Shown here: positions 25,301-36,910 of the stretch, piece after piece
How positions within the stretch are numbered: the first letter of the stretch is position 1
How the letters are laid out: every line of letters starts with the position of its first letter
NCBI GenBank assembly: GCA_024704765.1
Contig: JAKMXF010000356.1
Location: 62,001 to 126,000, forward strand
Direction: 5' to 3'
DNA from: Oopsacas minuta
Taxonomy: Eukaryota > Animalia > Porifera
DNA length: 64,000 nucleotides
The notes under the pieces: generated by a model
The model's database searches: none
What the model was told of the DNA's origin: nothing
The model's input: the letters and a program-made list of their open reading frames with translations, nothing else
Position numbers and translations under genes: made by a program

Positions 25301-26764
25301 ATTGTAAACAATATATTATAAGTAAACAAATATATTGTTTTGTAAAGAAGTCAAATTCAAAGGTGTATTTATACCAAACATAAATATTATTAAATTCACA
25401 TATTCTATTATTCCTGTAATGATCACGATGCGATTCAACCACGATATATGAATTTAATTCAACACATCAATTTTCAGATTTAAAGATAATCAGAAACTCA
25501 GCGAATTTCGAAATTTGATTTGAATTTGTTTGTGTTTTGAATTAAATATAATTCTATGAACATTTAATCTCAGGTTTCATTAATCATTAAGTAATTAATT
25601 TGGAACTGGAACTAATTATACAAAGTAACCTCAGTGACTATTAAACATATGAATGAAGTGTTACCTCTAGTCCTTGAATGGAGTATGAGGACACACTGCC
25701 ACTTATGGCACAAATGGCAGCATTTGTAGAGAATGGGATGAAAATATTTGGAATGAGTTTAAGCGTGAACTATGTAGTTCCCGGTAATTGCATGTGGCAT
25801 TTGTGGCAGGTTGTTCGAATAGTTATGGTAAGGTAGGCAGGACATGGATATACTTATCCATTAGTTAACGTATCTCCAAGGATAGGACACCAAAGCTACC
25901 ATTAACCAGAGAAGGTGTTGGAGTAACACCTCATTCCATACATGAATAAGATTGCTTTATGTCCGTATTTGATTAGGATCTCCTCATAATGTGTAACCGA
26001 GCCAGAGGGACCAGATGGATTGCGATTGTGGATTTCGGATGGATTTGGATTCTCCAAAGTCGAAAGGAATCCATCAGACCGAAGAAATTTTTGGATGTCA
26101 TAGATTTTCATGAATTTGATTTTAGTATTCGTATTCCAAATGGATAGGATTTGATTTGGATTATAATTTGCATCAATCCGACACCTCTGACCGGTCTGAA
26201 CAAAGGAGCTTTTCGAGGAATTTCTGAGATACCAAAACATACTGACGCCGTATGAAGTCTCCCATCCCCTTCGTGGCTACTAATCTGACACTTCAAATAA
26301 TATTAAAAGATTCATTGCAGAATACATGCTAACCTCAAATAACAGACTTCTCTGCATTTGTTTCCTATTTTCTTACACAGATGTTCTGTTAATTAAAGCC
26401 AGGAATAATTCAATGGTTCATTTCCATAATTAATTCCTGTAACAATTCAGATTAATTATTTTAATTAAAACTATATTAAACCCAAAATTATATATCAATA
26501 ATTCTCTTTCGGGGTCTTTCATATGGTACTTAGACCTGTACCCCATAATATATCATCCCGCTTAGAATGGGCCAAATGTCATGGTCCCGATGTTACCCCA
26601 TTAAGGGTCACACGGGTGACAATTGGCCTCCGGTTGAAAAACCGTCCCAAGCTATGATTAGATTAGGAAACTATAAAAAGAGAAATTTTAATATAAAATT
26701 TATACAAATAAGTAATATAATTGCAAATTAAAATCATAAAAAACCTAAAAAAAGTGAAATAAAT

Positions 26765-27496
26765 CTATTTATAGTTCAGGTAGATAACCACAAGTGCCAG
26801 GAGGAATAGGCTTATCTCTAAACAGAGAATTACAGCTGCTATACAGCCCATCCAGACATGAATCTGATTGGTCTCCTGCAGTCGCTCCAAACAACTATCA
26901 GAATAATATCTAGATGGACCAGGGATAGTAGAATTGCTACATTTTGGTTTCTGTTTTACACAGCCACATGAAGTGGGGATCGATGTGTCGTAGTCCATGT
27001 GTCCGTTGACACCACAACAGGATAATTCAGATTGTAAGGCCCCAATATCCATAATAGGACTAGGGCCAGAAATATTAAAATTTACGGGAAATTCGTTGGC
27101 CAAATAATGATTCATTTTAGAGTAGTAAACAAAAGTAATAGGAACAGTTGAAAATAGCAATAAACCAACAACCACCAACGCCACAGTATATACAATCAAA
27201 GAAATTATAAAGTATCTGCTTTTGATAGAGGAAAATAGCCCGATAGTTGATACTAAAAATAGCATCACTCCACATATAACAAACAGTATAGCAGATATGT
27301 TATAGCCTATAATACTCTCTGAATTTAGAATCGGTATAAAGATTGATGAATCTGCTATAAGAAAGCTAGCAAGTGATATCATGAGGATAACCAATACAGC
27401 TAGAATTATGTTTGTTACAGCAAATGTTGTCCGTAGAGTTAACTCAAATTTCTTCTTCATAATATAGCTAATTAAAGAATACAAATATGATCTCAT
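26765..27496 (-). CDS. Tetraspanin, single exon
   Basis: Four TM segments; LSCCG, PTSCGC and two further Cys in the large loop. Confidence 0.88.
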   Translation of the reverse strand: MRSYLYSLISYIMKKKFELTLRTTFAVTNIILAVLVILMISLASFLIADSSIFIPILNSESIIGYNISAILFVICGVMLFLVSTIGLFSSIKSRYFIISLIVYTVALVVVGLLLFSTVPITFVYYSKMNHYLANEFPVNFNISGPSPIMDIGALQSELSCCGVNGHMDYDTSIPTSCGCVKQKPKCSNSTIPGPSRYYSDSCLERLQETNQIHVWMGCIAAVILCLEISLFLLALVVIYLNYK

Positions 27497-28871
27497 AATA
27501 TACCAAGGGTGAATAATACAGTTCCCGCCTGTTTATCTAGCAGATTTTCGAATATCTACGAAAGTCCCGCCTAAATGTCCAATACCCCGCCAAAAGTAAT
27601 ATTTCCCCGCTAATTTGTAATCTCTGGGTTGGTTAGAAAAATTACAACTCTTTTGGACAGTTGGCAAAATCTCAAATAATTCATAACAATTTGTTAATAT
27701 AAATATTTGTATAATTCGCATAATAATTAAGGGACAATTCTAACTGAATATATATTGCAGCCTGCATACCTATTGGTCAGTTTAAGGCGGGTAATCCAAA
27801 ATAGAATATCCTCTCAGTTATAATCTAATTAGTAAAGAGCGATAGTTAACTGATAGGAGAATTTGGTTATCAAAAGGGGTAATTATCATTTGAATATATC
27901 AAATCATCGTCTGTGCCGACTTGAGTTTACCAAAATTACTTTTGGTTGATTATTGAATTATATTATTCGAATAAATATCTATTTTAGTAAAGAAAGATAA
28001 AATTGAATTTTACTAATCTTGTTAGACATTCTAAAGTGTTAGAATAGAATTATACGTCCCTGTTTACCCATATTTAACAAAGTGGAAGCTAATCGCTAGG
28101 ATAATTTTAAGGCGCTAATACAAAAGCCCAAAACTGCATTGAAATAATAATTACAAAATATTTAATTATAACATCGAGCCAGATGGCACAATATAAGATA
28201 GTGTCAATTGCGCAAACTTGAAAGGTGTAGATAATATCCTCCTGCATTACTGATGAACTTATGGTTGTTATGATCATACGTAATCAGTAATTATTTATTT
28301 GTGTGTAAAATGAAAGTTTCAGAGCAGAGTTTAATCATACTTTCAATATTTTGTGATTGATACGAGGTGTTACTGAATCGGAAAGAATCTCAACAATATA
28401 CATACACACTTGTTTATACTAATTTTGTTACTTATCCAGATAGTGTAATAAATACAAAGCATGCTAATTCAATTAGTCTACACGTATATAACTTTCAGTA
28501 AATGAATGGTTAAGACTGAATTCTCAAATCTCCTCTCATCTGAAAACGAGAAATTTCTGAGGGGCTATATCTATAGAATACCTTTGTCTCAGTTTAGTAT
28601 CCAAGGGGGGAGGATAGCTTACAGAGCATTTATATTAAACCACAATGAAATACACACATCTTAAAATAAATATTCCTAATCCTTATGGGTTGTTAGTTGA
28701 GTTGCAGTTCAAGCCGACTTGTGGATATAACAATGGTCCATTAAGCGTGCATATGCTGCTAGAGTATAGTGTAATATATGTCCAGCCAGACTACCATGGT
28801 CCTAGGCCCTTATTCCACACACATAAGGTCATGTAAGTTATTAATGGACATACTCACCAACACTCCTCTTA

Positions 28872-29132
28872 CAGTGCTGCCAAGTGGATTCAGAAAAATT
28901 ACGGAGCATTGTAAAATCTCTTAATGACCCCCAACAGGTCTTACTTCCCTTTTACGAATGCCATTAGCTAACAACTTGTATTAATGATTATTAATACAAA
29001 CAATAAGCTACAACCACTACCAAAGTACTATGCATTTGGTCGTACATATGTTAACAAAAAGTATTACACGTTAATGTAATCCGCTAGAAATACGTAGATG
29101 ACAGTCAAATTTACGGAGGCTTGGCAGCACTG
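28872..29132. mobile_element. 261-bp hAT-type MITE
   Basis: Perfect 13-bp TIR CAGTGCTGCCAAG / CTTGGCAGCACTG; degenerate 8-bp TSD tcctctta / ccctcttg. Confidence 0.7.
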
Positions 29133-30112
29133 CCCTCTTGGATTCCCCCCGAAAATATCCAGAATTATAGCGAAATATTGGATAAATCACCCGCTCAATA
29201 AGACAAAATATCCAGGGTTGGTAAGCATGCTAGGGACCGCCCTGAAGTGTCCGTTAGAACTCTGAAGTCAAGTGAAGAATATACCTGGAAGAGTGGAAGT
29301 ACAAATTAGATTTCTATCCTATCGATAAACACGATAATCCAGTTCTTGTCACGTTTAAGAAGGGACATAACCTGGGTTTCCCCGCCAAAAAGCTGGACAG
29401 TTGGTCGATTTACTGCAGCCATGAATACACACTAAAGGTTATGTCTAATATTCCAGGAAGAATAGTTAGAATCTCTAAACAGTCCTCCATTGTAATTATT
29501 TCATTAAACCTTATTGCTTAATCTTACCTAACTACTATTGAGGGAATTAGGAATGTAGGTCGAACATAGCTTATTTAACTGATATCATTATTTGAGTAAA
29601 CAAACTGGAGACATCTCTAATAATTATTCAGCAAAATATGTAACTTTATGCTCTGTATCAAAATATCTTAGATTACCCTAAAATTGTAGAGTTTATTCTA
29701 TGAATTAAGTGTCAAACTGTGTGGTTCATGTGGCAGGTGGGGTTTGTTTCAATAGTTTTAAACTTTTACAAAAGCTTTGTGGAGGTAACACTGAGATGAG
29801 TGATTCAATTTCCATATTGAAAGTACAACTCATGGCTATTGTGAAAGGATTGTAAGTACGAGTATTAAACAAATGGATTAGCGAGCGAAAGTAAACAAAT
29901 AGAAAGTTTGAATACACATAAGTAAACATGTAAATAAATATGTAACAAATATTCCATCTGAAACTGAAATATAAGTAATATTCTGTATTTCAAAGCCAAA
30001 ATCTATATTTACACTAAACTGAAAGTAAATAATGATTCCTTCAATATTTTAAGAATCGACTATGATGAATTATAAATTCATACAAATAATTACACCTGAT
30101 TACCCAGTCTGA

Positions 30113-30301
30113 AGCTCAAGGGGCCGCGATAATTACTTCCATATACCGATGAGATATACGTTACAGACAACTCCTATTATATCTAACACGGATATACCGA
30201 AATACCAGCTTATATCGAGGTGTGAAACTGTACAAATATACCGTCAAAGTAACTTATATTCCATCGGTTATATCGATGTAATTATCACGGTCCTTTGAGC
30301 T
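30113..30301. mobile_element. ~190-bp MITE family; other copies near 33900-34028, 49715-49822 (reversed) and 59315-59412 (reversed)
   Basis: Imperfect ~40-bp TIR agctcaa(a)gg...gataattac...atataccgatg; shared core tatatcgaggtgtgaaa(c/t)tgtacaaatat...gtcaaagtaac. Confidence 0.7.
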
Positions 30302-30529
30302 AAGATATGACAAGAGTTGACTGCACACACTTCAACATTACTTAATATATTCACATGATTGTGTTAAGGTCTTTCTAAATATCAGATACTAGCTGCTATT
30401 ACCTCTCTACTCAGATGTTAATTAATGATAAATAAGGGTAATATCCCTGTAAGCAGTAATTAGCTCATATCATCATTGTGTCTCATATTGTAGTAGTAGA
30501 ATTATCACTGAGTAGGCTCTGTTAATTAG

Positions 30530-30633
30530 AAACTTGTTTCAGCTCCAAAGGATGTACATCTAAGCATGCAGGTGAGTGGCACAAAGTGTCCAATTCATGG
30601 AAATATTTCAATGACAGTTAAAGGAGGTCTGTG
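30530..30633 (+). repeat. 104-bp dispersed repeat; second copy at 58700-58803 in a subtilase intron
   Basis: aaacttgtttcagctccaaa...gacagttaaagg(a/c)ggtctgtg; 4 mismatches, no indels. Confidence 0.9.
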
Positions 30634-31763
30634 GTAGTTGAATTTCACTAATAAAATGGTGGAATGGTGACAATATTCATGTGGCAGGTAAACTTGATGC
30701 GGGCGGTGGAGCTGAAACCAAGTTAGAACTAATTGTGACGTAATATGAGGTCATCAAGATGTCCTCCTTAATAGTATAATTTAATTACTGAGCAAATAAG
30801 AAGGTTGCGTAGGATTTTCCAGTCACTTACCAGTCATACTGAAACTATATATGGAACTATAAATATTACATAATTACACTTCCAGTCTCACAATTCTGAA
30901 AAAGTGAAATTAGAGTATTAAAATAAACAATATACGACAAAATAAATAGAATTGAAATATTTACACGAATTAATGTGGTTGTCATGGAATTTCAACACTT
31001 TTGCAAAAACCCAAAAGTGCAAAAAACACACACGCAACCTCCTGTCTAATCTAATTAAGGATTAGCTTCTTCATGCAATGAGCACAAAAGGGTAGCTTGT
31101 TACAAATTGTCGCTGAAAAATATCGATTCAACACAGGAAATATAATATATTTGAGGAGACACAATTTGTAAAATTCTAAACTATCCCTGACAACAGAAAT
31201 GGCATAAGGAATCTGGCAATAAATCTCTAAAATTTAAGTAATGGGAGCTGCAGAATAAAGTTCTGGTTACGATAAGGCCTGGCTCAAAATGACAGAAAAA
31301 TACACACATGGCCTAAGACACAGCTGTCGGCACTTTAGGAAGAGATTTTTGTGACGTTGCCAGCTAGGAACTTCAAATAATAATGTTAAACGCATACAGG
31401 GGTGGTCACAGGATCTGTTAGACTCGGGGCTGTTTTCCCCCTGGGACAGCTACTACACACAGAGTTGTCAAACTCACGGATCCAAAGTGAGACACGCACA
31501 TCTATACACAACCAAAATTCATGTTTACCTTCTCTCTTTATAATTTCCTATGAAGTAGCAATTCAAATATAAGTATTGCGCTATTATTGTGGGAGGATAT
31601 CCTATTAACAACCATAATACTCAAAAGATGTAGTTACAACTGACACAGCTATTATAATATAAGTAATACGTCACTCCAACTAACCATAATTATTCATAGA
31701 CATTTGATACTATTAGAACCTATAAATATCCCAGAATTCACTGATCGTAACTAATATAGACAA

Positions 31764-33383
31764 ATGGATTTTAATAAACTATTCACATCGCTATCCGTCC
31801 AGCTATCCGGCCATAGTTCGTGTTTCAAGAACATCAAACTGCAGACAGAGAGAACACTTGGCATACGAGATGCCTTAACCCGTGTACAACTACCCAGCGA
31901 GTTCTTTACAACTCTCATAAACTACAATAAAATATCTGAGAATAATCTCCAACCACTTTATGAGATTTATGAACAGTCCACTCTACCAAATGATGTCAAA
32001 TTCCAAGCGCATAAAAATATCCAAGAATTCAACTACTATCATTTCTCCTTCATGGCTACGAGGATCCTCCAACAGGTGATTCTCAAGCTCATTAAACACC
32101 CTGTGGACACAAACGAGATGAAAGGATTAGTCGAATGGATCCCAGAAGAGGAGCGCACCCCTAGGATGCTTCTTGATCACAGTGCTAGCCTCATGAAGCT
32201 GATTGAGCTAAGAATAATTCACGCGTTTGACTTTAGGATTCTACATAACGTGTTCATGAATAATATAATGGTAACAAAGACGATTATAGAACCGAACTGG
32301 CGTCAAATTATGGAACTAAATGCTAATTATATACGGAACGATTGTCAACTACAGCTGAAACCCCAACGACCCTCAAATATCCGTTTTCATACACCACCTG
32401 GCTCATTGGAACCAAGTCCTGTAGAAGTGTACCACAATAACCAACATACTTATCCCCACACCGAGTTGCCAAGGATAAACACATACTTCAGTCCAGAACA
32501 ACCAGTAGCTTCGAGAACTAATCCAGGTTTCCAGAATTACCCCCTGTTACATCACTCGGACCCATCGAACTACGAGAACCCCTCCCCTCCTCCTCGCATA
32601 GACAGTATCAATGAGGAGGTACTCTATGACATACCGGATATGGACGTGTTAAGTGGTGTGTTCCCCGGGGAGTGCTTGATAATTAATATTGAAAGGTTCC
32701 ATGAATCCAGTGGGATTAAGGACAGGATCGGATCATGTGTTGATGTGGAAAATATTCGGAAAACTTTCAATGCACTAAAATATAAAGTAACAGTTAAGAA
32801 CGATCTCACTTCTGAACAGTTAATCAAGTACTTGAAAGAGAAATCTACAGACGAGTCCTTGTATCGTGTTGGAATGTTTGTATGTTTCCTAATGAGCCAC
32901 GGAGAAGAGGGGAGGATCTCAGGATCGGATGGGACTCATATTGAAATAGAAACTATCATAACTAATTTCAAGAACGATCAATGCTACCCACTACAAGGAA
33001 AACCGAAAATATTCTTCGTACAAGCTTGCAGAGGAAATATGGTAGATATACCAAAGCAGGAATACCAACACGATAGTACACATGGGGCTCAACCGCAGGA
33101 CGCTGACCTCATGATCTGTCAAGCTACAACCAAAGGGAAGGTAGCGGTTCGGACAGAAGCCGGGTCATGGTATATAAAGACATTATGTGACAACATATCT
33201 AGAGGATATAGCACACTTGATTTCTTCCAAATACACACGATTGTAAACAGAAAGGTGTCGGAAATGGGAAAGCATGCTAGCACCCTACAGGTGTCAAATT
33301 CCAGTGGGTCGTTAAGGAAAACCCTAAAATTCTTTCCAAATATTTCCTCTAATAATTTCATGAATAGATTACAAAATAAGTAG
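31764..33383 (+). CDS. Initiator caspase with probable tandem DED prodomain (caspase-8/10-like), single exon
   Basis: CLIINIERF, FLMSHG (catalytic His), KPKIFFVQACRG (catalytic Cys), GSWYI. N-terminus MDFNKLFTSLSVQL...ISENNLQPLYEI and a second helical unit resemble DEDs. Confidence 0.88.
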   Translation: MDFNKLFTSLSVQLSGHSSCFKNIKLQTERTLGIRDALTRVQLPSEFFTTLINYNKISENNLQPLYEIYEQSTLPNDVKFQAHKNIQEFNYYHFSFMATRILQQVILKLIKHPVDTNEMKGLVEWIPEEERTPRMLLDHSASLMKLIELRIIHAFDFRILHNVFMNNIMVTKTIIEPNWRQIMELNANYIRNDCQLQLKPQRPSNIRFHTPPGSLEPSPVEVYHNNQHTYPHTELPRINTYFSPEQPVASRTNPGFQNYPLLHHSDPSNYENPSPPPRIDSINEEVLYDIPDMDVLSGVFPGECLIINIERFHESSGIKDRIGSCVDVENIRKTFNALKYKVTVKNDLTSEQLIKYLKEKSTDESLYRVGMFVCFLMSHGEEGRISGSDGTHIEIETIITNFKNDQCYPLQGKPKIFFVQACRGNMVDIPKQEYQHDSTHGAQPQDADLMICQATTKGKVAVRTEAGSWYIKTLCDNISRGYSTLDFFQIHTIVNRKVSEMGKHASTLQVSNSSGSLRKTLKFFPNISSNNFMNRLQNK

Positions 33384-35021
33384 AAACAGTTCTTGTTTTG
33401 TTTGTATTTTTTGCTCTAATATGTAAATAAATATTTTGTGATTCAAAATGTGCTTCAAAATGGGTTGGATTAGCCTGAGGGGAGGGTAGGAAGCAGAGGG
33501 AGTCTAAGAGAGAATGTATCCCTCAACCAATCAATTCACAGTCTTATATTGGGCAAAACACTCAAAAGTGATTGGTTGAGACAGTTACCCATAATGTGTC
33601 AGAATATACACTCCCTTCTTGAACTTGTGACGCCATGTGGTACAAGTGGCAAATTGCTTAAACTCATTTGCAACTTTACATACACACATTGAAATAACTT
33701 AAAAAGTATATTTGTAACTTTAACTGATCCAATAGTAGTTCTAACTTTATACTCTCTATAATTCAAGAACCATGGGAAGTGACCCAAGCACTTTACTATG
33801 TGCCTCTTGTAGGACAAGTGGCTCAAAAGCTTCCAAGTACTTTTGGCCAGGGAGTGTACAAGAATTAGATATTTGAAAATACAGTCATTCTCGTCATATC
33901 TAACTCAGATATATGGAACTAACCGCTTATATAGAAGTGTAAAATTGTACAAATATGTCCCTAAACTGTCAAAGTAACACAAATTCCATTGGTTAAATCG
34001 AAGTGATTATAACGGTCCCTTGAGCTTCGATATAACAGGAGTTCACTATTTTCCTTATTTCCTTTAAATAACTAATTGCATATGTGTCAAATATTATTTT
34101 TGTAGCATTTACATATTTCCTCAATAGTTATATAATTAGTATTCTAAGATTACTCTAAATGATAGAATTCTATATTTTAATAGTATGTGGGTAAAAATAA
34201 TAAATTCCAGGAATCCATTTTGTTGTTATGTAACATGAGAAGAATACCGAGGGACTATCTTACTAAGATTATACCTTAAAGTATCCCTCATGAGAATTGT
34301 CAAGGTAATTCTGTTATCACTATAATAATACAGCAACTTCTATAATTACGTAATTCAGTAAACAAATATGAACTATTAATTCGGGATTGTTTATTGCTTA
34401 ATCATATTAAGACATCTGGTAGGTGAAGAAATATATTATTAATTCGGTTATTTACAATATTTGACATGTGTCTACCTATCAGATTGAAGGATATACCCGT
34501 AGCTGATATTCTGTGTGTATTCATTTGCATATGTGAGAGTGTAAATTGATTGGTTTATGAAAGAATACAAATCATATAAATAAATTAAGAAATAATTAAT
34601 TAATATTATTAAAAGAAATCTAAAATTAGAAATAACTAACAACACATAATAGCTGAATAAAATTATGTAATTTCCTGATTCTATATTTGATGTATTAAAC
34701 CGGAAACACAGGGATACTGAAATACCTGGGGTGATTATTCATATTTTAGCACCCTTGGGATATATCATATAATCGCATACATACCATGAATCTATTCACT
34801 TACTTCCCTAACGTGCTTCTGTGATGTGTGTCCCAGTTTCCATAGTTTACCTCTCCGGACCATGGATAATATAATATCACACGAAAGACTTTATAGCCAA
34901 AATACATAACAACAATATTCAACATAAGGTAAACAAATAAAATAAAGGTAAACAAACAACCAGGGATTAAGAATACGATAATCTATTGAAGAAGTCTCAG
35001 TTCTATTTTTATTCAATTATT

Positions 35022-36617
35022 TTATTTCCTTACCTTCTTTTCAGATTTCTTAACACATTCATTAACGTGCTTCGTGCGGTCTACTGTGTCTTTCTTGTTA
35101 TCAAACACCGTAAGACAGATGGGACACTCTACAACCCCTGGGTGGATGGAACAGTTCTTTAAGAAGTCCACGGAGGCAAAGGTAGGAGTGCTCTTACCGC
35201 GGGCAGGTTCTGTAATTATGATACTCTCTGTGTGTGGACCAGGGATGGCCACGTGTTTGGGGCGGGATTTAGGCGGGTAACTGGGGTGTACAACGGAATT
35301 CCTACGCGGGGATTGTGTGCTAGGTGGAGGAGTCTCGAATGATTTAAGGAGATTATTCTCTTTTGAGAGTTTAGTCATTCTTTCAGAGTTCTTAGCTTGC
35401 TCTTGGTTAGTTAGTATCAGCTGACCTTCATAGTCCTTGACAACAGCACTGAGGCTTTGGTATTCCTCCTTCAAACTATCATTTTCCATCTTTAGAGTGC
35501 AATTTATAGCTTTTTGATCCTCAGCAGATCGGACTAACTTATCGATTTGTTCCTGGACAATCTCCAGATCCTCTCTCCTAGAGAATAGTTCTTCTGCCAT
35601 TTCCTCTGGGACCTGCTCGACACGACTGTCTGGAGACAATATCCCTGTCAGTTTAGCTAGCCCTCTGGATAGGAGGAGGAACCCTTGCTTATGGACATCT
35701 TCACAGAATTGTTGTTTGCGTTCTAACGTGTCAACACGAGGTGTTAACTCCTCACATTCCATTCTCCTATCCTCGTATCTATGCTCAAGATCCTTGATAT
35801 TGTTTCTGAGTTCCTGTATGGTCTGTGTTAAGAATTCCAGCTGTTCCAGGGTGCGGGAATCCTTATCGTTCTGATTCTGTTTCAAATTGAGCGGGAATAA
35901 ACTGACACCTGGATCTGTTAGATTTAACGAATCAAATTCAGAGAGACAGCTGGAATTCTGTGATACTACGGGAGTAGGCTTAGTTATTACTTCTGGTATT
36001 ATCTCTGGTTCTAGAGTTAGTTCCAGTTTGCTTTCTGGCGCTAAAGTTAGTTCTGGTTCCTCTGTTTTTAGTTCCAGTTCACATTCTTTACTCAGTTCCA
36101 GTTTACTCTGAAGTGCTCGTAGTTCTAGTGACAATAATTGCTCTGAGTGTAGTCTCGGTTTAGGTTTAGGTGTTACCTCCGGTTCCGGTTCCAATTCAGA
36201 TGGAAAGTCACTACTGAGGAACACATATGACATACCCATTGTAGCAGATTCCATTGATTCAAGTTTGATTGAGAAGGTGTCACTTGTACCGATGGGTACT
36301 CCTTCCCTATTCAGGTACCGGAGATGGTACCCATGGGGACAAGAATGGTCTAACACGAGGTACCCGTATTTCTCACATGGAAACACGACTGTACCTTCAA
36401 GCGGGAACTCAGGATTATCGGTAGCGAGGCAAGTGACAAAATCCCAAGTGTTTAGTTCTTGTAGATTAGATGAATAGTTGGTAGGACAAAGGACAATTTT
36501 ATCAAGACGGTGCGGTATGTACCCATCGGGGATCCTAAAGGTACACGCTATATCCTTGTTGTTACCTATCTCAGAGGGGAGGTCTTGGAATTGTATGATT
36601 TGAGTTTGATTATCCAT
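35022..36617 (-). CDS. SKICH + coiled-coil + UBZ selective autophagy receptor, TAX1BP1/NDP52-like, single exon
   Basis: N-terminal IIQFQDLP...ACTFRIP...DKIV...TWDFV...GTVVFP...SDTFSI (SKICH-like), long coiled coil, C-terminal CPICLTVF...RTKHVNEC zinc finger. Confidence 0.75.
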   Translation of the reverse strand: MDNQTQIIQFQDLPSEIGNNKDIACTFRIPDGYIPHRLDKIVLCPTNYSSNLQELNTWDFVTCLATDNPEFPLEGTVVFPCEKYGYLVLDHSCPHGYHLRYLNREGVPIGTSDTFSIKLESMESATMGMSYVFLSSDFPSELEPEPEVTPKPKPRLHSEQLLSLELRALQSKLELSKECELELKTEEPELTLAPESKLELTLEPEIIPEVITKPTPVVSQNSSCLSEFDSLNLTDPGVSLFPLNLKQNQNDKDSRTLEQLEFLTQTIQELRNNIKDLEHRYEDRRMECEELTPRVDTLERKQQFCEDVHKQGFLLLSRGLAKLTGILSPDSRVEQVPEEMAEELFSRREDLEIVQEQIDKLVRSAEDQKAINCTLKMENDSLKEEYQSLSAVVKDYEGQLILTNQEQAKNSERMTKLSKENNLLKSFETPPPSTQSPRRNSVVHPSYPPKSRPKHVAIPGPHTESIIITEPARGKSTPTFASVDFLKNCSIHPGVVECPICLTVFDNKKDTVDRTKHVNECVKKSEKKVRK

Positions 36618-36910
36618 TATAGCTAACTATACAATGTATAATATTCAGATCATTTTATAGCAATATTTGAGTGCTAAAAATAGAATTATTAGAATATTGA
36701 TTTCTAATAATAGCTACGTAGATAGTTAATATGATTAATACTAAAAAGTTCAGATTACTGATATTATCTCAGTTCAGAGGATGATTGTTGTTATGTCTAA
36801 TAAACAATAATCATACCTAACAAATTGGATGTAATCTAATCCGAAATCTAATCCTACAATTCACTCAAACTAATACCAATAACAACAAATAACTAATAAC
36901 AACAAACAAA

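Noticed and set aside
25600-26296. 112-aa ORF 25902-26240 and Cys/His-containing downstream frames
   Set aside because: No family recognised, stops in neighbouring frames and no clear splice structure; possibly a decayed gene or TE but not supportable.
27700-31700. Possible autonomous transposon in the long gene-free gap
   Set aside because: Only short MITEs and dispersed fragments (e.g. 28035-28100 similar to 43465-43530); no transposase or reverse transcriptase ORF visible.
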